Assembly (NCBI GenBank): GCA_002269645.1
Contig: NIVC01002757.1
Span: forward strand, 79,040-143,039
Length of the DNA: 64,000 nt
Direction: 5' to 3'
Source of the DNA: Macrostomum lignano
Lineage: Eukaryota
Positions 60,065 through 64,000 of this stretch are shown here, one piece after another. The position numbers and the translations under genes are program-made. The notes beneath the pieces were generated by a model that searched no databases, was not told the origin of the DNA, and worked only from the letters and a program-made list of their open reading frames with translations. Numbering within the stretch: position 1 is the first letter of the stretch; the number at the start of each line of letters is the position of its first letter.

Positions 60065-61750
60065 TTATTCTAGGAATATATCACACAGCACATCGACTAG
60101 TTCTGCATTGATCTCCTGGAAACACCACGCATCGAATGGTTTTGACTCCACCAGGAAGCTCCATCTTGCTGGCTGATAAAAATAACACAAACGGCCGCAC
60201 AGTCGAAGCACAAACGCAGTTGCAAAGTTGACTTGAATCGAGTCATCCGAGAAATAGAATACTCGATAGGTTTCGTTGCAACAAGTTGTCCATCTAGTGA
60301 GATAGTCGATTGTTTCGTTGCCTTGGCCATTGTTCTGGCTCACCCAGCTAAGTTGCTCGCCAAGCTGATTTGTCGATGAGACGTCTTGAAACTCTTCGAT
60401 AATGTCGCGTAGCATTGGTTCGTAGAATTTGTTGATCGTCTCTAAATTAGCGGAGCTCTCGGTGTGAATGCGTCGGCTTGACTGCAGGTTTAGAAAGTGG
60501 GCCTGTCCGGTTTCTCTATGGTACAGACAGCTGGTGGCATCGTTGTAGAGAGCGCAGTTGTAACCAGTTGACAACTGATAATAGAAGCCAACTGTGGAGG
60601 TCTTGTCGCGCCACCAAGTTAGCCAGCCAGCTTGAAAGTCTGTAGCACGCTTTTTCCAAGCTGGTCTATTACGAAAATACTGCAGTAGATTGGTTGTACG
60701 CCGCAGTTTTAAATCGACAACTGTGAGGCTCCGTGGTACACCGTTCAAGTTTGAAGGATGAAAAGCTTTCTGATGCTTTTCGTTTTGCTCCGGTTTTTCC
60801 TGGCTTGTCGCCTGTTTAGGCTTGCCAAACAAGTTAGTGAGGCTTTTCGACATTGTACTAATGCTTGAACTATTGCCTAGATTTGCGCATGTAGTTGCTG
60901 ATTTTTCGTCTTGCATTAACTGATGTTCGTACTGTTTTCCGTAGCGACAGAACTCGTGCTGCAGAATATCGTCGAGTTCCGGTCTCTCCTCTTGATCTAG
61001 TTGCAGCAGTCGGGCTATCAGATGCTTAAGATGATCGTCAGTGTGATACTTTGTAAATTGGTAGCTACCGGACACAATGTTTCTATATATTTCCAAGAGT
61101 TCTTCCGCTTGGAAAGGCGGTACTCCGCCAAACAACGCGTATAGTACAACTCCGCATGACCATATGTCTGACTTAACTGTGTGACCCTGTCTCAGCAGAA
61201 CTTCGGGACTTAAGTAATTCGGCGTACCACACGATAGGTGTCGTTCCAAATAGCTTCTTGTAATTGTGCAGGACAATCCAAAATCAGTTATCTTTACTAC
61301 GTCGTTTGCGTCGACAAGGATATTGCTGAGCTTCAAATCTCTGTGCAGAATTCGGCACCCGTGAATGTACTTTAGACCAGCAATTAGTTGGCAAAAGTAG
61401 TAAGCCGCCACATCGACTGGCAGAGTAGTAAAGCGGATAATGATGTCTGCCAGCGACTTCTTATTACAATATTCGAGAACAAAATAGATACTGTCGTTGC
61501 TCGAGAATGTCAGAAAAAGTTCGACGACATTTTGGTGTGCCAGCTGGCTGTGCAGCGCGATCTCGTATCTGAGGTACGGCTCCTTGGCCGCTTCTTTAAC
61601 CATCTGTTGGCTGATTTTCTTCAGAGCTACTACTCGCTCAACGGGTGCTGTTGAGGATCGCTCCACCGCCTTGTAGCAGGTGCCGAAACCGCCTTTGCCA
61701 AGGCACGGACCCAAGCTATAGACTGTATCGCCTCGAATAACTTGTGTCAT
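60065..61750 (-). CDS. PLK: Divergent polo-like kinase (kinase domain + two polo boxes), 561 aa, intronless
   Basis: GKGGFGTCY, VALK, HRDLKLSN, DFG, CGTPNYLSPE; polo box 1 GFYYQLSTG..ALYNDAT; polo box 2 YLTRW...FSDDSIQVNF. Confidence 0.9.
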   Translation of the reverse strand: MTQVIRGDTVYSLGPCLGKGGFGTCYKAVERSSTAPVERVVALKKISQQMVKEAAKEPYLRYEIALHSQLAHQNVVELFLTFSSNDSIYFVLEYCNKKSLADIIIRFTTLPVDVAAYYFCQLIAGLKYIHGCRILHRDLKLSNILVDANDVVKITDFGLSCTITRSYLERHLSCGTPNYLSPEVLLRQGHTVKSDIWSCGVVLYALFGGVPPFQAEELLEIYRNIVSGSYQFTKYHTDDHLKHLIARLLQLDQEERPELDDILQHEFCRYGKQYEHQLMQDEKSATTCANLGNSSSISTMSKSLTNLFGKPKQATSQEKPEQNEKHQKAFHPSNLNGVPRSLTVVDLKLRRTTNLLQYFRNRPAWKKRATDFQAGWLTWWRDKTSTVGFYYQLSTGYNCALYNDATSCLYHRETGQAHFLNLQSSRRIHTESSANLETINKFYEPMLRDIIEEFQDVSSTNQLGEQLSWVSQNNGQGNETIDYLTRWTTCCNETYRVFYFSDDSIQVNFATAFVLRLCGRLCYFYQPARWSFLVESKPFDAWCFQEINAELVDVLCDIFLE

Positions 61751-63876
61751 TCTGGTCTCGAACTATTGTTCTTCATTGCCTTCGTTAGAGAAATTCTCAG
61801 TTTTCATTTTTACATGTAAATTATATGCCAAATGAAAGTACTCTTCTAGCGTCAGATTCGTCCTAAAGCTAGCCAACTGTTCCCACTTATATGACTACTT
61901 CTCTCTTGCGTCCAGTGTATGCTTCGTCCAATGGCTCGATCCGTCTTGCATTATTGGTCAGCAGTATTCTAACCGCATGTACGGGGGTGAGGAAAATTAG
62001 TATTGAAAATTAAGCACCTCTTCCCTTCAGGTCCTGCTGTCAAGAGTGGGAAACTGTAGGAAACGTAAAGGCGCCTTGCTATTGCAACTTGGAAAAGTAC
62101 GATTGTTGATTGCCTACTTATTGCAATGCTGTATATTAATTGCATTGCCCAGACTGACTGCTTCTTCGCCAGCTAATATGCAAGCGTTCCATTTGTAACC
62201 AACAACCAACACCGGCCTTTAGACTAGAAAGCTCTTATATTTAGTGTCCCATTCCGAATAGTATTATTTTTGTGCGGTTTTAGTTTTTTTTTTCACTATT
62301 GCTTCTTATAGTCAAGATAATGTCATGGATCAAAATGGAACCCCTCCCCCCAGACGTGCAGTTTTAGTCCTTTAAGAAACTTTTTTACTTTCTTAGTACC
62401 CTTCTAAGGAAGTAAAAAATTACGAACAAATTCTGACACACTTCTTACAAAATGAATGTACAACACGAAATTTCTTATAAAAATGCATTTTTAATCATTT
62501 ATCCAAGTTGCATAGCAAGGGATGACCATCTGCCCTCCCTTCCTAGGGTCTTTTTGAGGGCCGTGGGGATGGTGGGGTGGGCACCCCCATTGAGGCAGTG
62601 ACCTGTGGTCACCCGGGGCAGCTGCCCCCCTGCCCCCCTGCGCCGCCACTGAGGGGGGAGGTGATTTTTCTCCGAATTCTCAAAGCCTCATATTCCATAC
62701 CTCGTCCGTTCGTGCATTTTTAATTGAAGAAAATTCTGCATTGCCTCACGCAAACGTGTATGCGCCGTTGTTCAAGATTTCAAATCGAACAGAAGTCATT
62801 GGAGTCAAAATTGTATTCGACAAAAACTTAAAGCTTCATACGCTGATTCCAGACGGGATTTTTTGTGCGGAAAAAGCCAAGAAGAATTCCAGTAATGCAT
62901 TAGCTAGAAGTGAAGATGTATTTTTCTAGAGGCTTAAATTTTCGCCCGCTAGCTGAATTCCAAAAAAACCTTTTTGCCCTATGGCTTGGGCTTACAAATC
63001 TTCAATCTTCAATTTGTAAGTCAGTTGAACATTTTATAGCTGCTTTTATAGCTAGATGTTAATCCTTAACTTCCATATGGGATCCTATAAAATACTAAAT
63101 TGTACCTAATAGCTTCGTTTTGCTTCTGTATTCACGCTTTTATAATTTAACTGTATAGTTACTCATTAAATCATTTTAAATCTATGGTTGACACTCACAC
63201 CCCATGCCCATATACATCGATGCAGCTCACACAGATACTATAACCCTAGATAGTTCGCTCTTGTTTAGATTTTTGCAACTACTCTTTGGTTAGTAGCGTG
63301 AACGAACATGGGTGCGTCGTCAAACAGCAGTGCCTTGCGTCAAAATTCATTTTTGGAGCAACTATAGCACTTTTTCTTGTCATGCGCACGCTGACGCACA
63401 CCCAATGAGTAGACACTCTTTTGAGCCATAGACTATAACACAAAAAATGGCTTACTCAATGCAGCTGAAATATCTAGTGTTTTATTATCTGTGGCAGCTC
63501 AGGCGCTTGTATAACTCTGCCACATAGTCTATGATATAATCACAATATTACCCAGGCTTTAAAAGCGATAATGAGGAAATCCCTAAAATATTATAGGTTT
63601 TTTCGTTTGATTTCATAAAATTGTCATTTGATTTCGTCCATAGAAGTTGGCAGCGCGGCCATAGAGTCTATGGCAATAAAGTGCACTGTTTTCCGATTGA
63701 ATTCATAACTTTGCTACTTCATTTCGACTTGGCGTGCGGAGTGGCTCAAACACTGCCCAGAGGGGGCTGGGATATCAGTGGGTGAATATCTATGGCCAAA
63801 CCTCTCATAGAAATGAAAAGCCTATATGAACGTGTCCTCTTCTTGGGCAACAGTCACCTTCCTTGTGTGCCTAAAA

Positions 63877-64000
63877 ATGGCTGCATACGCGTCCATTGGA
63901 AACGACAGAAGGCATCTTGTCATTGAAGCAATGAACAGGGGTGAGAAAGTGACGGACATAGCACGATGGCTCAACATCAACAAACAGACAGTGTACTCCA
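63877..64000 (+). CDS. Start of a probable Tc1/mariner-IS630-type transposase (HTH), cut by the window edge
   Basis: MAAYASIGNDRRHLVIEAMNRGEKVTDIARWLNINKQTVYS follows the paired-like HTH pattern (G.S...IA..L.I...TV). Confidence 0.5.
   Translation, partial: MAAYASIGNDRRHLVIEAMNRGEKVTDIARWLNINKQTVYS

Overview
Animal genomic DNA with GT-AG introns, GC-rich exons and dense micro/minisatellites. The style resembles an invertebrate such as a Macrostomum-type flatworm, but this is unverified. Host genes: a 5-exon TRAF4-like gene (-), a 3-exon OTUD7/Cezanne-like deubiquitinase (-), and four single-ORF genes (an orphan charged protein, a secreted LamG-like protein, a B-box/coiled-coil/propeller-like protein and a divergent polo-like kinase). 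The main feature is a 9,698-bp element at 11282-20979. It has terminal inverted repeats and a perfect 6-bp target-site duplication (TATGTG), and its only recognisable gene is an intact 7-exon protein-primed DNA polymerase B with a VSR-like insertion. Three of its introns fall inside polymerase motifs A, B and C. No integrase, capsid, ATPase or protease gene was found, so it looks like a polymerase-only, spliced Polinton/Maverick-like element. About 38-60 kb is an AT-rich block of decayed transposons: a pogo-like transposase in frame with an OTU protease domain, piggyBac and P-like remnants, nested MITEs and C>T-biased decay. All coordinates and splice sites were read by eye; family assignments rest on motif recognition, not database searches.
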